A stretch of 64,000 bases of DNA from an uncultured Bacteroidales bacterium (GTDB lineage Bacteria > Bacteroidota > Bacteroidia > Bacteroidales > GCA-2748055), in the NCBI GenBank assembly GCA_963732905.1, contig CAVTBM010000011.1, positions 12,686-76,685 on the forward strand. Reading direction: 5' to 3'. How positions within the stretch are numbered: the stretch's first letter is position 1; each line of letters starts with the position of its first letter. Below are positions 53,633 to 64,000 of this stretch, in pieces. Position numbers and translations under genes: made by a program. The notes under the pieces were generated by a model, which worked only from the letters and a program-made list of their open reading frames with translations, did not search any database and was not told the DNA's origin.

Positions 53633-56494
53633 ATGGCTCTAAGAAACTCTGGGAAAGAACAACAAAAATGGTCCAGGATTAATTCGCTGCTTCATAAACT
53701 CCGGTCTGATATCCCTGAAAACGAAACCCTTAAAGACCTGGAAAGGGAATTGTATCAACTTTCTCAGCCTTATAACATCCGGGAAGAACAGGATAACCAC
53801 CTCTCACAAAATCTACCGGTTATCTCTGAAATACTTAAGCCCCTGGGATTAGCTTCCCTGGAAGTAAACCAGGATTTCAGTATCCTGAAAAGTAACGAAA
53901 ATGCGTTACGTATTATAGGCATAGGTCAGGGCAAAGCCGGTGGGTATAATTTCTTGAATCTTATTCTTCCCGAATACAGGGATTTGTTCAAAAACAGGGT
54001 TGCCTACCTTCTGAAATCAGAAAATCCCCAGGCGGTTCGCATAACCATAACCGACAGCACAGATAAAATCCACAGCCTTTTTCTTTACCTTACAATCCCT
54101 GAACCTAAGGGAGAAGAGTTAAGGATCAGAATACGGTTTATTGATTTTGAGGAATTACTGCATCATCTGTTTCCCCGGCTCGTAAAAGATGCCGATATCT
54201 TTGGCACCTCCGGATCGCATTCCCTTTCACTGGTTTATGAACTCGATAACCAGGGCCGTTTTCTGAAGGTAAACCAGACTTTCGAGGAAGTTCTCGGATA
54301 TAAGGCTTCCGAAGTTATCGGTTTAAAATATGACACATTCATCCATCCCTCAGAAAAACCCGGACAAATCCTCGAATTTAACGACCTTACAAAAAATGAA
54401 AATCTTTCCATTAAAAATTACCGGATCAGACATAAATCCGGCTACTGGAAAATTTTTAACTGTACTTCATTCATCAGCTTAAGAGAAAACGGGGAAAAAT
54501 CCGTAGTCATCATTTCCGACGAGATCCTGAACGGTTTGCATTCTGAGGCTGAAATTAAAAGGGTTAAACTGTACCAGGACATTATTTTCAACCATCTTCA
54601 GGGAATGGATGTGCTCCTGATTGATAAAGATATGCGTTTTCTTTACTCCGCCGGGCATGAAAAGAACCGATTTAACCTCAGCGATGAGGACTTTACCGGA
54701 AAGTCATTCCATGAAGTCCTGACGCCCCGCGTACGAAAAACATTGTTACCCGTTCTGGAGGCAGCCCTGGAAGGCCGGTCCCTCAGTAAAGTGAACCGGT
54801 ATTCGGGGCAGATCTTTGAAATTTTTGCAAGCCCGGTGAAGAGTCAGAACGGTGAAATCCTGGCAGTGGCAGTCACAATCAAAAATATCACCCGGGAAAA
54901 AGCAGACAAGGCTCAGTTGCGAAAAGCCAAACGGGAAGCTTTGGCCGCGGACAAAGCCAAGTCACTTTTCCTGGCCTCAATGAGCCATGAGATCAGAACA
55001 CCACTGAATACCATCATCGGTTTTGCAAACCAGTTGTCCAAAACCGGCCTTGACGCAGAACAGAAAAAATATGTCCGGCTGATACAGGATTCTTCAGACC
55101 ATCTCATCAACGTGGTCAATGAACTGCTCATCATCTTCAAAATCGGTATGGGAAAGGTTTTTATCGATGAAAAACCCTTCAGCGTAAGGGAACTCTTTAG
55201 TGAGATCGGAGAAATCTTCAGGCCGGAAGCCGGAAACAAATCGATCAGGTTTGAATTATCTGTCTCACAGAAAGTCCCTGAAATGATCATCGGGGATCCT
55301 TTCAGGGTAAAGCAGGTCCTGATGAACATCACCGGGAATGCAGTGAAATTTACTGAACAAGGATTTGTCAGGCTTACATGTGACGTTGCGGAAGACAAAA
55401 AAAGGAAGGTCATCCTTGCCTTCACGATTGAAGATACCGGTATAGGTATTCCTGCAGAGGAGGTGTCATATATCTTTGATGAATTCAGGCAGGCGCAAAA
55501 TCTGGAAGACAAACAACAGAACGGGACCGGGCTCGGCCTCACGATCTCAAAGAAACTTGTCGAACTGCAAAAAGGGAAAATCCATGTGAAGAGCATACTT
55601 AACAAAGGAACGACGTTCACCGTGCAGCAACCCTTTTTGAAATCAAACAGGAAGATCATCCCGGCTTTACAAAACTCCTTTAATCTCAAACATAAGCTTC
55701 TTGCAGGAAAACGTCTTTTGCTTGTCGACGATGACGAACAGAACCTGATGCTGGCAGATGTGGTGTTCAGGGAGTGGGGTTTACACTACGATACCACCTC
55801 AAATGCGCATGACGGTTTCGAACTTTCAATGATCAACAAATATGATATCATTATGCTCGATATCCATATGCCGAAGATCAGCGGCATGGAGCTGATGCGG
55901 ATGATCCGGCAGGATCCCAAAAATCCAAACCGCGAAACGAAAATGATCACCATTACCGCTAACATCCTGCGAAGCGACCTTAAGAAATATCTGAACAACG
56001 GTTTTGATGGTTACATACTTAAACCATTCAGGGAGAATGAATTGTATAACAAAATATGCAATATTCTCAACATCGGAAAAGAGACTGCAGAAACAGAAAT
56101 GCAGAATGAACATCCTGAGCATTTTGAAGAGACGAACCACAACCATATGAATTACAGTCTGTCAGAACTCAAAGCCGCAGCCAAAGGAGATCGTGACTTC
56201 ATCAACCGGATGATCCAGACCTTCTTTAAAAATACGAGGAATTCCGTTAGTATCATCGAAAATTCCCTTGCAGAAAAAAACTGGAAAGAAATCGGAGAGG
56301 CTGCACATAAAATGATCACTGCTTTTCGTTACTTTAAATGCCATAAGATCGTGGAAAATCTTTTGGCCATCGAAACCAAAACGTTGTATACCGGGGAATT
56401 TACATCAATACCCGAACTGGTTAATGAAACCATACCTTTAATTGATAAAACACTGGAAAATATAAACAAAGAATTCAATTTTCAGACAATTTAA
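53633..56494 (+). CDS. Cytoplasmic PAS-domain hybrid histidine kinase (HisKA-HATPase-REC-HPt)
   Basis: H-box FLASMSHEIRTPLN, G-box GTGLGLTISKKL, receiver LLLVDDDEQN...LDIHMPKISG, C-terminal HPt (AAHKMITAFRYF). Confidence 0.9.
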   Translation: MALRNSGKEQQKWSRINSLLHKLRSDIPENETLKDLERELYQLSQPYNIREEQDNHLSQNLPVISEILKPLGLASLEVNQDFSILKSNENALRIIGIGQGKAGGYNFLNLILPEYRDLFKNRVAYLLKSENPQAVRITITDSTDKIHSLFLYLTIPEPKGEELRIRIRFIDFEELLHHLFPRLVKDADIFGTSGSHSLSLVYELDNQGRFLKVNQTFEEVLGYKASEVIGLKYDTFIHPSEKPGQILEFNDLTKNENLSIKNYRIRHKSGYWKIFNCTSFISLRENGEKSVVIISDEILNGLHSEAEIKRVKLYQDIIFNHLQGMDVLLIDKDMRFLYSAGHEKNRFNLSDEDFTGKSFHEVLTPRVRKTLLPVLEAALEGRSLSKVNRYSGQIFEIFASPVKSQNGEILAVAVTIKNITREKADKAQLRKAKREALAADKAKSLFLASMSHEIRTPLNTIIGFANQLSKTGLDAEQKKYVRLIQDSSDHLINVVNELLIIFKIGMGKVFIDEKPFSVRELFSEIGEIFRPEAGNKSIRFELSVSQKVPEMIIGDPFRVKQVLMNITGNAVKFTEQGFVRLTCDVAEDKKRKVILAFTIEDTGIGIPAEEVSYIFDEFRQAQNLEDKQQNGTGLGLTISKKLVELQKGKIHVKSILNKGTTFTVQQPFLKSNRKIIPALQNSFNLKHKLLAGKRLLLVDDDEQNLMLADVVFREWGLHYDTTSNAHDGFELSMINKYDIIMLDIHMPKISGMELMRMIRQDPKNPNRETKMITITANILRSDLKKYLNNGFDGYILKPFRENELYNKICNILNIGKETAETEMQNEHPEHFEETNHNHMNYSLSELKAAAKGDRDFINRMIQTFFKNTRNSVSIIENSLAEKNWKEIGEAAHKMITAFRYFKCHKIVENLLAIETKTLYTGEFTSIPELVNETIPLIDKTLENINKEFNFQTI

Positions 56495-56577
56495 AAGACT
56501 AAATCGTCTGAATTTTAGAAAAAAGCAGTAACTTGTATGCGCTTTGTTATTCATTTTTGCAAGACAAGAACCGGGAA

Positions 56578-57930
56578 ATGAACAGAATATTAATTATTGA
56601 CGATGACACCTTTATCTGCAATATCCTTGAGAAGCTCCTTTCTGATGATGGCTTTAAGGTTGAATCTGCCTTTTCGGCATCGAGTGCTGATAAATTTCTA
56701 AAGAAAACCAAATACGACCTTGTTATTTGTGATTTCCGGCTTCCCGACAGTGACGGTATTAAAATGCTGGAAAAGATCAAAGGATATAACCCTGAGACTT
56801 CGGTCATCATCATCACTGCTTATGCCGATGTGCGCGTAGCTGTTAAACTGATGAAGATGGGTGCTTCCGACTATGTTACCAAACCTCTGCAGCAGGATGA
56901 ACTGCTGGAGATCGTAAACAAAACGATCACAAGGAGAAAAAGTGACAGCCGGGAGACATTTCCTGAAAATTCATTTATCATGGGTCAGAGCCAGACTATA
57001 AAGAATGTCATGCGTCTGGCCGAAACGGTCGCCCCAACCGACCTGGCCGTAATCATCGAGGGTGAGACAGGTTCGGGTAAAGAGTATATTGCCAGGTATA
57101 TCCATTCCCGCAGTCCCAGAAAAAACCATCCCTTTGTGGCACTTGATTGCGGTGCCATTCCTAAGGACCTGGCAAATAGTGAGCTCTTTGGGCATATCAA
57201 AGGATCTTTTACCGGCGCGATAAAGGATAAAACGGGTGTATTTGAAGAAGCCCACGGAGGCACACTCTTTCTCGATGAAATTGGGAACCTCTCGTACGAC
57301 ATACAGGTTAAACTCCTGCGATCCCTGCAGGAAAAATCGATTACCCGCCTTGGCGATACCAAAAACAGGCATGTTGATGTCCGCATTATCTCCGCCACCA
57401 ACGAAAACCTTATCAGGGAAGTAGAACAGAATAATTTCAGGGAAGACCTGTACCACCGCCTCAATGAATTTAAAATCCAACTTCCGCCGCTTCGTGAACG
57501 GACAGATGATATCATGATCTTTGCAGACTATTTCATTAAAATGGCAAATACTCGTCTGAACAAGGATATCCAGGGTATTGAAGATAGGCTTATCCCTGTC
57601 CTGAAAAAATACCCCTGGTACGGTAATCTTCGGGAACTCCGGAACGTAGTCAACAGAGCCGTGCTGATGTCAACCAACAGTCATATCGACTTCAGTTGCC
57701 TCCCACCCGACATCATCCATCATGAACAGCATGCCGAGGTGGAACTCGTCGAAACATTCACCGAAGAAGGAACGAACCGGCTTAAAGATGCCTCCAATGA
57801 GTTTGAAAAACAACTGATTATCAATACACTCAAAGAAACAAATTTCAATAAATCGAAAGCCGCCAGACTGCTGAAAATCGACCGTAAAACTCTCTATAAT
57901 AAAATCAAACAGTATAATATCAATGTGTGA
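56578..57930 (+). CDS. Sigma-54-dependent response regulator (NtrC family)
   Basis: Receiver (ILIIDDD...CDFRLPDSDG), AAA+ (GETGSGKE, ELFGH, GSFTGA, LFLDEIG), C-terminal Fis-type HTH. The start is taken at ATG 56578. Confidence 0.9.
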   Translation: MNRILIIDDDTFICNILEKLLSDDGFKVESAFSASSADKFLKKTKYDLVICDFRLPDSDGIKMLEKIKGYNPETSVIIITAYADVRVAVKLMKMGASDYVTKPLQQDELLEIVNKTITRRKSDSRETFPENSFIMGQSQTIKNVMRLAETVAPTDLAVIIEGETGSGKEYIARYIHSRSPRKNHPFVALDCGAIPKDLANSELFGHIKGSFTGAIKDKTGVFEEAHGGTLFLDEIGNLSYDIQVKLLRSLQEKSITRLGDTKNRHVDVRIISATNENLIREVEQNNFREDLYHRLNEFKIQLPPLRERTDDIMIFADYFIKMANTRLNKDIQGIEDRLIPVLKKYPWYGNLRELRNVVNRAVLMSTNSHIDFSCLPPDIIHHEQHAEVELVETFTEEGTNRLKDASNEFEKQLIINTLKETNFNKSKAARLLKIDRKTLYNKIKQYNINV

Positions 57931-58196
57931 AGGACTCTCTCTCTAATCCCTTCCTTCATCTTCTCCCCTTGTTAAAATTCAGAATCTTTGGCTTGCCCGG
58001 TTGTGGTTGGTATGGATATTGATCCACGGTTTGAAGATCACACCGACAGCTTTGGCTAACCCAGTTCATCTAAAAATAATGAGACTGACAAAGCATGAGT
58101 TATTTTGGATGCTGTAGACAAAGCCGGGAGGAATTATTACGAGGATCGATTGCCGGATTAGTTGAAATCTATTATCATTTCAATAAATAATTCACA

Positions 58197-58601
58197 GTGA
58201 AGCACCACAATTTTGTATTACAGATCGATGATGACCATTTCGTGACCGAAAATCAGAAAATGTTAGCCATGAAGAAGGACCTTTCCAGCTATTTCATGAC
58301 CATTCATGATGCGGTCAGAGCACTAAAACTGCTTGAAAACATGGAAATCAACGGGGAAACATTTCCCCGATATATTATTCTTGACCTCAAAATGCCCGGA
58401 ATGCACGGCATTGAATTCCTGGAGGCTTTCGACAACCGGTTCCCCCGTAAAAAATATGAAACCGAAGTGATAGTTGCATCAAGCCATATCTCCCCTGCAG
58501 AACTCAATAAGATCAATCATTACCTGTTTGTCAGTGACTGTATCACGAAACCCATACCGGAAGATTACGTGGAGAAGCTGATAAACGGGGTCAACGGGTA
58601 A
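58197..58601 (+). CDS. Stand-alone receiver-domain protein (atypical)
   Basis: ILDLKMPGMHGIEFLEAF and a CITKP-type K box. GTG start. The N-terminal acidic pocket is degenerate (LQIDDD). Confidence 0.6.
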   Translation: MKHHNFVLQIDDDHFVTENQKMLAMKKDLSSYFMTIHDAVRALKLLENMEINGETFPRYIILDLKMPGMHGIEFLEAFDNRFPRKKYETEVIVASSHISPAELNKINHYLFVSDCITKPIPEDYVEKLINGVNG

Positions 58602-58766
58602 TATCTTTCCCATTCCGTGTGGATGATTCTTCTCACTAACCTGTTTTTTATATCGAAACTCTTTCCATCTTATAATAACTTTTGGGTGATATTGATCATA
58701 GTTGCCGTTTGGATTGTTTAACTCTACTGAGGCACATATTGCTCGGATTTATTCATTCTATTCATT

Positions 58767-59684
58767 ATGCTAAACTTCATCATCATGCTGGAAGCGATCC
58801 ATAATGCTTTTGAAAAAACGTATAGTAAACTAAGTGGCTGGATCTCTCATGCGATTGAAATGCTGCCAAATATTGTGGTAGCCGCTCTTTTATTCTTCCT
58901 TTTTATAATACTGGCCCGGCTTATCGACCGGTTTCTCAGAAAAACCCTTTCACGTTTTCTAAAAAATGAGGCCGTTAACAGCCTTATCGCATCGATCAGT
59001 TCAACAGCCATGGTGATCCTTGGCATTTTCATCGGTCTCGATATTCTGAACCTCGACAAAACCGTTACATCCCTCCTGGCTGGAATCGGGATCGTTGGTC
59101 TGGCTTTAGGTTTTGCTTTCAAGGATGCGGCTTCAAACTTCATTTCAGGGATCTATATGGCGATTAAAAGCCCGATCAATCCGGGTGATTTGATCTCATA
59201 CGAGAATGTATACGGAACGGTGAAGGAAATAGGTTTACGGGCCACCACGATCACTTCGCTGCAGGGCCAGGATATCGTTGTTCCAAACCGCCTTATCATA
59301 GAAAATATCTACACCCACTATACTGCCAACCGAAGCCGGAGAGTTGAACTGGCCATCGGCGTTTCGTACGGTGACGATCTTGAAAAGACAGAGAGCGTCA
59401 CCCTTGCCGCCATTAAAAAAATCGATTACATCCTGAAGACCAAACCGGTTGATCTGTATTTTACTGACTTCGGGGATAGCGCAATCCATCTTACGGTGAG
59501 GTACTGGGTGAATTTCAGGAAAGAAACTGATTACCTCAGGGCTCTAAGCGACGGGATCAAAAATATTAAGAAAGCCTACGACGAGAACGGCATTACGATC
59601 ACCTTCCCGATACGCACCCTCGATTTTGGTATTAAAGGAGGAAAAAATCTTGCTGATATGATCAAAGAAGCAAAGGAGGAATGA
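58767..59684 (+). CDS. MscS-family mechanosensitive channel
   Basis: Three TM helices followed by GDLISYENVYGTVKEIGLRATTITSLQGQDIVVPN. Confidence 0.85.
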   Translation: MLNFIIMLEAIHNAFEKTYSKLSGWISHAIEMLPNIVVAALLFFLFIILARLIDRFLRKTLSRFLKNEAVNSLIASISSTAMVILGIFIGLDILNLDKTVTSLLAGIGIVGLALGFAFKDAASNFISGIYMAIKSPINPGDLISYENVYGTVKEIGLRATTITSLQGQDIVVPNRLIIENIYTHYTANRSRRVELAIGVSYGDDLEKTESVTLAAIKKIDYILKTKPVDLYFTDFGDSAIHLTVRYWVNFRKETDYLRALSDGIKNIKKAYDENGITITFPIRTLDFGIKGGKNLADMIKEAKEE

Positions 59685-59701
59685 GACAAAACCTCCCCGT
59701 C

Positions 59702-60199
59702 TTATTCCTTCAACGGGCTGATACTTTTAGCAACTTTCACCAGGAGTTTCTGATTCCGGCCGATCCATCCTGCTTTGCCGGATTCGACACTGAAAACAAC
59801 AAACTTGTTTTCTCCCAGCTTTCTTTGAACCATAAAATCATTCAGGCCTGTCAGGGCTTGCCCCTCTGTCCCATCAGAAAAACGGAATACCTTCCGGGTA
59901 TCCTTTACGGCGTCACCCTTGTTCAGTGGCTCAAAACTGCCATATATCCTGATGTCAGCTGATACCGTATCTATGCCGGGTAACCGTAGGATAAAACCAT
60001 CGCCGTTATCACCGGGTTCAGTTACAATCCAGTCATCGGGTATCATGGCTTTGAAACCAAAACGAAGGTTTTCAATCTTTTTAAATTTCTGGGGAGTCTC
60101 ATTGAGCACCTGCGGATGTCCCGAATCACGGTGGTTCCCGGAGTGACAACCGGTCAATAGGACCGGAACTAACAGAATAAAAAGCAGTAAGGCTTTCAT
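59702..60199 (-). CDS. Lipoprotein, function unknown
   Basis: MKALLLFILLVPVLLTGCHS lipobox. The start is taken at ATG 60199. Confidence 0.55.
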   Translation of the reverse strand: MKALLLFILLVPVLLTGCHSGNHRDSGHPQVLNETPQKFKKIENLRFGFKAMIPDDWIVTEPGDNGDGFILRLPGIDTVSADIRIYGSFEPLNKGDAVKDTRKVFRFSDGTEGQALTGLNDFMVQRKLGENKFVVFSVESGKAGWIGRNQKLLVKVAKSISPLKE

Positions 60200-60375
60200 G
60201 GTTGTGACACGATTAAATAAAACCAACCCTGATCAAAAACGGGGAAAAGCGTTCATTTCCCCGACGGAGAACTTTCCGCCTTTCAGGCTTTATTCTCCAC
60301 CCCCCCGGCAGATGGCCCAACCATACTGCCGAGGCTCTAGGGGACAGAGCAAAGATACGTAAAAACCAGGGAAAC

Positions 60376-61503
60376 TTATTTTTTACCAGTACCGTTGTTG
60401 GAATCCGCCGGTTTGCCAAGCTTCGCACTGATCTTTTTTCGAAATCCTGCCATTTTCACATCCGGGTCACCAAAATGACTACTCAGGAGCACTCCGTAAG
60501 GCCTTAACCCGTCTATATTGTCAAACAGAACCTTCAGTACGGCCATCATCGGGATGAACAGGATCATGCCGGCAATACCCCATATGATCCCACCCGTGAA
60601 CAGGGCGATAAGGGCAAATAAAGGATTGAGACTGACTTTCGATCCTACGATTTTTGGGGTAAGCACATTTCCTTCAAGCATCTGAACGGAAAGATAAAGC
60701 AAAACGACCAGGACGGGCATCCAGACACTGTTATAATTGATGATGGCATACAGTGTAGGCAGCAGGCCGCCGATAAATGTGCCGATATATGGGATCACTG
60801 CAAGCAGCGCGGCAAAATAACCGAAAAGAAAGGGATAATCGAGACCGATGATCCACAGACCGGTTCCGTTGAGAGTCCCAAGTGTGAGAATAACGAGGAT
60901 CAATCCGAAGAAGTAATTCTGAGCTACTTTCTGGATGGTGCTAACGACTTTTTCAGCCTCCTGCTGTTTCCGTCCCTTAAAGTGAAGAATGATAAAGTTC
61001 TTGAAGGATCCCCGATACAACAGAAAAAGAAAAGTGAACACGATCACCAGGGCAAGGCTGATAAAAAAATTGGTTGATAAGGTCAGCGTTTTCTCAATAA
61101 TCCGTGTAGAACCCAGGATGCCTTTTGAACCCGCGCCATAGAGGTCCTTTAACTGGTACTTCCCTTTAAGAATATGTTCATTGATGAAGGTAATCCCGTT
61201 ATCCAGAAGCTCACTTATATTCTTTCCAAAGCTTTTAATATTTTGGAAGAGATGGTAGAACTGGGTACCAAAAAAAAACAGAGTACCGCTAATGACAATA
61301 AGAACACCAAGGAAAACAAGAATTATGGCGAATAACCGGGAGATTCCCAATTTTTCAAGAAAACGGGTTGCTGGGTAGAGCAGCATGGAAAGAAAAAAAG
61401 AGAATGCCAGGGGTATAAGGATCGGACTGCCAAAATATAACATGGCTATTCCAAAGGTGATAAGGATGATCAACCGTGATATTTTATCAAGGGATAATTC
61501 CAT
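60376..61503 (-). CDS. AI-2E (PerM/UPF0118) family transporter
   Basis: Eight or so TM helices and the conserved C-terminal LEGNVLTPKIVG motif. Confidence 0.8.
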   Translation of the reverse strand: MELSLDKISRLIILITFGIAMLYFGSPILIPLAFSFFLSMLLYPATRFLEKLGISRLFAIILVFLGVLIVISGTLFFFGTQFYHLFQNIKSFGKNISELLDNGITFINEHILKGKYQLKDLYGAGSKGILGSTRIIEKTLTLSTNFFISLALVIVFTFLFLLYRGSFKNFIILHFKGRKQQEAEKVVSTIQKVAQNYFFGLILVILTLGTLNGTGLWIIGLDYPFLFGYFAALLAVIPYIGTFIGGLLPTLYAIINYNSVWMPVLVVLLYLSVQMLEGNVLTPKIVGSKVSLNPLFALIALFTGGIIWGIAGMILFIPMMAVLKVLFDNIDGLRPYGVLLSSHFGDPDVKMAGFRKKISAKLGKPADSNNGTGKK

Positions 61504-61744
61504 CAGATGGGGTTTAAAGACTTTCTGATCAAAAAGAACACCAGATTATACTGAAGCCTGAAGATGCTGTAGACCGTTCAAAGGAATGGTCACAGCGTGT
61601 ATATTGTTCTACATATCCCGATTTTGGCTAGTGAATATTATTCTACAACACCATCCTGTATCAGGCTCCAGACGTGGCTTCAGGTTTATGGCAGGGTTTT
61701 TTCACTAATTGGGTCAAATGTTTAACCTTTAAAATCATAAAACC

Positions 61745-62056
61745 ATGGGAAAAGCTTCAAATACAATTGCAGGCTTTCTGATTGGAGCTGCAGCCGGAGC
61801 TGTTGCCGGTATCTTATTCGCGCCCGACAAAGGGCTTAAAACCCGGAAAAAAATCCAGAAAAAAGCCAAAAAATTCAGCGATGAAATGCAGGGTAACCTC
61901 AACGATCAGGTTGATAATCTGAAAGAATACATCAATGATTTTGTGGGTGACGTGAAGGAAAAGTTTGAGAAACTTGAAGATGATGTAAAATCCAAAATTA
62001 AAGATAAAGCCGCACATGCAGCAGGCAAGGCTGAGGAAAAAGTCAAAGAAGCCTGA
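61745..62056 (+). CDS. YtxH-domain protein
   Basis: GFLIGAAAGAVAGILFAPDKG followed by a charged helical tail. Confidence 0.75.
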   Translation: MGKASNTIAGFLIGAAAGAVAGILFAPDKGLKTRKKIQKKAKKFSDEMQGNLNDQVDNLKEYINDFVGDVKEKFEKLEDDVKSKIKDKAAHAAGKAEEKVKEA

Positions 62057-62109
62057 GCCGGGGAATCTTTTTTGAGGTCAGTAAAATTTGAAAATCAAAT
62101 TCCTGTCTA

Positions 62110-62481
62110 ATGGAAAAAAATCCACTGTCGGAAAATCTCACTGAAATCACAGCTGCTGTAAAAAGTTACATCAACGCCAGGATCGATCTGCTAAAGCTCA
62201 CGTTACTGCAGAAAATAACCAAAGCAGGAACTTTTATGCTGACGTTCGTATCTGTCCTGGTCTCTCTTTTCTCTGTTATGATCTTTTTAATGTTCGCTTT
62301 CAGCTTCTGGTACGGACAAAAAACAGGAAACCTGGCGCAGGGATTTCTTATCTCGGCCGGCATTTTCCTTATCCTCCTGGTTCTGATCTACCTTTTAAGA
62401 AGAGTGATATTTTCAAATACCCTGGTCAAAATTTTCTCTAACATCCTCTTTTCTGACGAGGACCAAAAGCCCGGAACATGA
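62110..62481 (+). CDS. Holin-X-like 2-TM membrane protein
   Basis: Two TM helices after an amphipathic N-terminus. This is a typical neighbour of YtxH genes in Bacteroidota. Confidence 0.5.
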   Translation: MEKNPLSENLTEITAAVKSYINARIDLLKLTLLQKITKAGTFMLTFVSVLVSLFSVMIFLMFAFSFWYGQKTGNLAQGFLISAGIFLILLVLIYLLRRVIFSNTLVKIFSNILFSDEDQKPGT

Positions 62482-62705
62482 TGCCCAACAGAATAGATCA
62501 CCGCGAGTTAAAGACAGTGACTGACGTAAGGATCGTAAAGGAGAGAATCCGTTACGAAGTGGCTATCAGCGAAAAGGCATTGACTTCCTCTGTCGCCGGA
62601 CTGGGCGTTTCTCTCGGCAGGACGCTGAAGTCAACTGCGTACAGTATGGGCATTAAATTGGCTTATGCTGTGGTTATCCGTCTGCTTCAGCGACGGCGAA
62701 AGTGA
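62478..62705 (+). CDS. Small hypothetical protein completing the YtxH/holin-like trio
   Basis: 4-nt overlap (ATGA) with the preceding gene. 75 aa. Confidence 0.4.
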   Translation: MMPNRIDHRELKTVTDVRIVKERIRYEVAISEKALTSSVAGLGVSLGRTLKSTAYSMGIKLAYAVVIRLLQRRRK

Positions 62706-62980
62706 CGGTTTCTTCATAACGTGGTCAGGCAACACAACCCTCATTTCAAATCAAAGAGACCATATATCCTTCTTTTATTTAAACGGCCGGCCCGTTGGAC
62801 CTGCGGAGACGTTGTCATGTAGATATACACGCCTCCGCCTGCCCCAGTAATACCCTGACTCATCCTGGATCTGACGCACCGGGTAACCGGAATCATCCGC
62901 CGGTTGATCGCTGAGAGACAGGACTGCCTGCCCGTCTCGGAACTTTGCAATGGTCCATCCCCTTATACCGACCCAAATAT

Positions 62981-63025
62981 AAAAAAGCCGGACCCTTTTC
63001 AATCGAAAAGTGTCCAGCCTTTTTC
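62981..63025. terminator. Bidirectional terminator-like hairpin between convergent genes
   Basis: A6-GCCGGACCCTTTT-CAATCG-AAAAGTGTCCAGC-CTTTTT. 11 of 13 stem positions pair. Confidence 0.6.
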
Positions 63026-63065
63026 CTAAATTGCCTGGAAGAGAGTCTATGACCAGAATGGCTCC

Positions 63066-63557
63066 TTAGTATGATTGGCGGAAATCTTTGAGTTTTTTCC
63101 TTGCCATGAAGATCCTGCTTTTCACGGTACCAAGCTTGAGGTGCATGATGTCGGCAATCTCTTCATATTTATAACCGCTTATGTAAAGCTGCAGAGGATA
63201 ACGGAATTTATATTCCAGGTCGTTGACCAGGCCGTCGATTTCCTTAATCGACATCCAGCTTTCGGTGTCCATCTTTACCGAAAAAAGAGTATCGTTTGCT
63301 TTGACAAGTTCATCATAACGCTGACCCTGTCTTTTTTTCTTCCGGTAGAGATTGATATACGTGTTTTTGGTGATGGTAAAGATCCATGCCTTGAAATTGC
63401 TGTAGTCACGGTACTTATCCCGGTTTTTTAATGCTTTGAGATAAGTATCCTGCATGAGGTCTTCAGCATCCTGTGCATTAGAAGTAAGGGTAAGAGCAAA
63501 GCCTCTGAGCTGATTATTCAGGCTCATCAACTGGTTGTTAAATTCCATGTACGTCAT
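63066..63557 (-). CDS. ECF-type sigma-70 family sigma factor
   Basis: Region 2 (DAEDLMQDTYLKALKNRDKY) and region 4 (GYKYEEIADIMHLKLGTVKSRIFMARKKL). Confidence 0.9.
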   Translation of the reverse strand: MTYMEFNNQLMSLNNQLRGFALTLTSNAQDAEDLMQDTYLKALKNRDKYRDYSNFKAWIFTITKNTYINLYRKKKRQGQRYDELVKANDTLFSVKMDTESWMSIKEIDGLVNDLEYKFRYPLQLYISGYKYEEIADIMHLKLGTVKSRIFMARKKLKDFRQSY

Positions 63558-64000
63558 ATCCTGATTTTTTTTGGGTTGTTACGGTTTAGTATTATTCATA
63601 TTGTATACCAAGCTCGCCGGCTAAAACGGATCCGGGCTGACAGTATTAACACTTATGTCAGGTTTTCAATGCATTATGAAAAATGTCGGGATAACTTCCA
63701 GCTGGAAAAAGGGTTCCTGTGCCATAATCCAGATCTTCAGGATGACCTATTTATGTTGAGAATTATCTACAACATGCAACAATTCGTCTACAACACCTCT
63801 ACAGGTTGTCTCTCCGGGGAGGGCAGTACCTGCGGAGAAAAAAAATACTGTAAAACCGGACGAGATTATAGCGGATCGCTGTTGAAGAGGGTATGGTCAG
63901 AGCATTTATTCTGGTTGCGGAATCGTCACTCGCGATCATCCGGCCTTCTGCCACGAGGCATTACTGAATGCAGGAATGAACAAAAGTGAGTTCTTTGGAG

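Noticed and set aside
54913-55689. Long antisense or nested ORFs inside large genes (e.g. 258 aa at 54913-55689, 176 aa at 56985-57515, 151 aa at 34913-35368, 150 aa at 48315-48767)
   Set aside because: Each lies wholly inside a gene with strong domain motifs on the other strand or frame, and each has a low-complexity, motif-free translation.
62741-63002. Small minus-strand ORFs downstream of the ECF sigma gene as a candidate anti-sigma factor
   Set aside because: They have no TM segment and no zinc-finger anti-sigma motif. The ORF starts inside the bidirectional terminator hairpin (62981-63025), and there are two mutually overlapping alternatives. Not supportable.
63576-63989. 137-aa ORF at the window end
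   Set aside because: TTG start, no motif, and composition unlike the neighbouring genes. It is probably the non-coding promoter region of the divergent sigma gene, and it runs close to the window edge.

Overview
The window looks like a Bacteroidota chromosome segment: T9SS C-terminal sorting domains, an HTCS-type hybrid sensor, a CarboxypepD_reg/TonB-dependent receptor and TTTG/TAnnTTTG promoter boxes. It has three parts.

(i) 1-6.8 kb and 22-41 kb hold secreted glycan-degradation genes: three GH30-like enzymes, a GH5-like enzyme, a GH2, a hydrolase-esterase fusion, an unknown 859-aa enzyme and an ankyrin protein. No SusC/SusD pair is present.

(ii) 6.9-21.8 kb is a visibly AT-richer accessory island and the most interesting part.
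- It is a stand-alone array of orphan Rhs/YD toxin C-terminal tips, each followed by immunity-like genes.
- Interleaved with these are four toxin-antitoxin pairs, a DUF1016-type nuclease and three copies of one decayed tyrosine-recombinase 3' end.
- There are three copies of a ~650-bp restart module (promoter-like box, perfect hairpin, RHS core end).
- A conserved long palindrome closes each cargo cassette.
- The layout is modular and integron/rAID-like, but the window contains no intact recombinase and no full-length rhs gene.

(iii) 41-64 kb holds regulators (a LytTR two-component system, a PAS hybrid kinase with a sigma-54 activator, an ECF sigma factor), envelope proteins, a 1063-aa orphan protein with a central TM hairpin, and a split FG-GAP gene.

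Non-coding oddities:
- an 8-bp microsatellite (12 perfect units) that starts at the GH2 stop codon;
- three tandem hairpin repeats;
- a ~137-nt element present twice (25.4 and 32.7 kb) with hairpin-preserving substitutions;
- a long leader with four CCGAAG motifs ahead of a nitroreductase/TonB-receptor pair.

I saw no rRNA, tRNA or CRISPR array. All family calls were made by eye from motifs; no database search or folding program was available.
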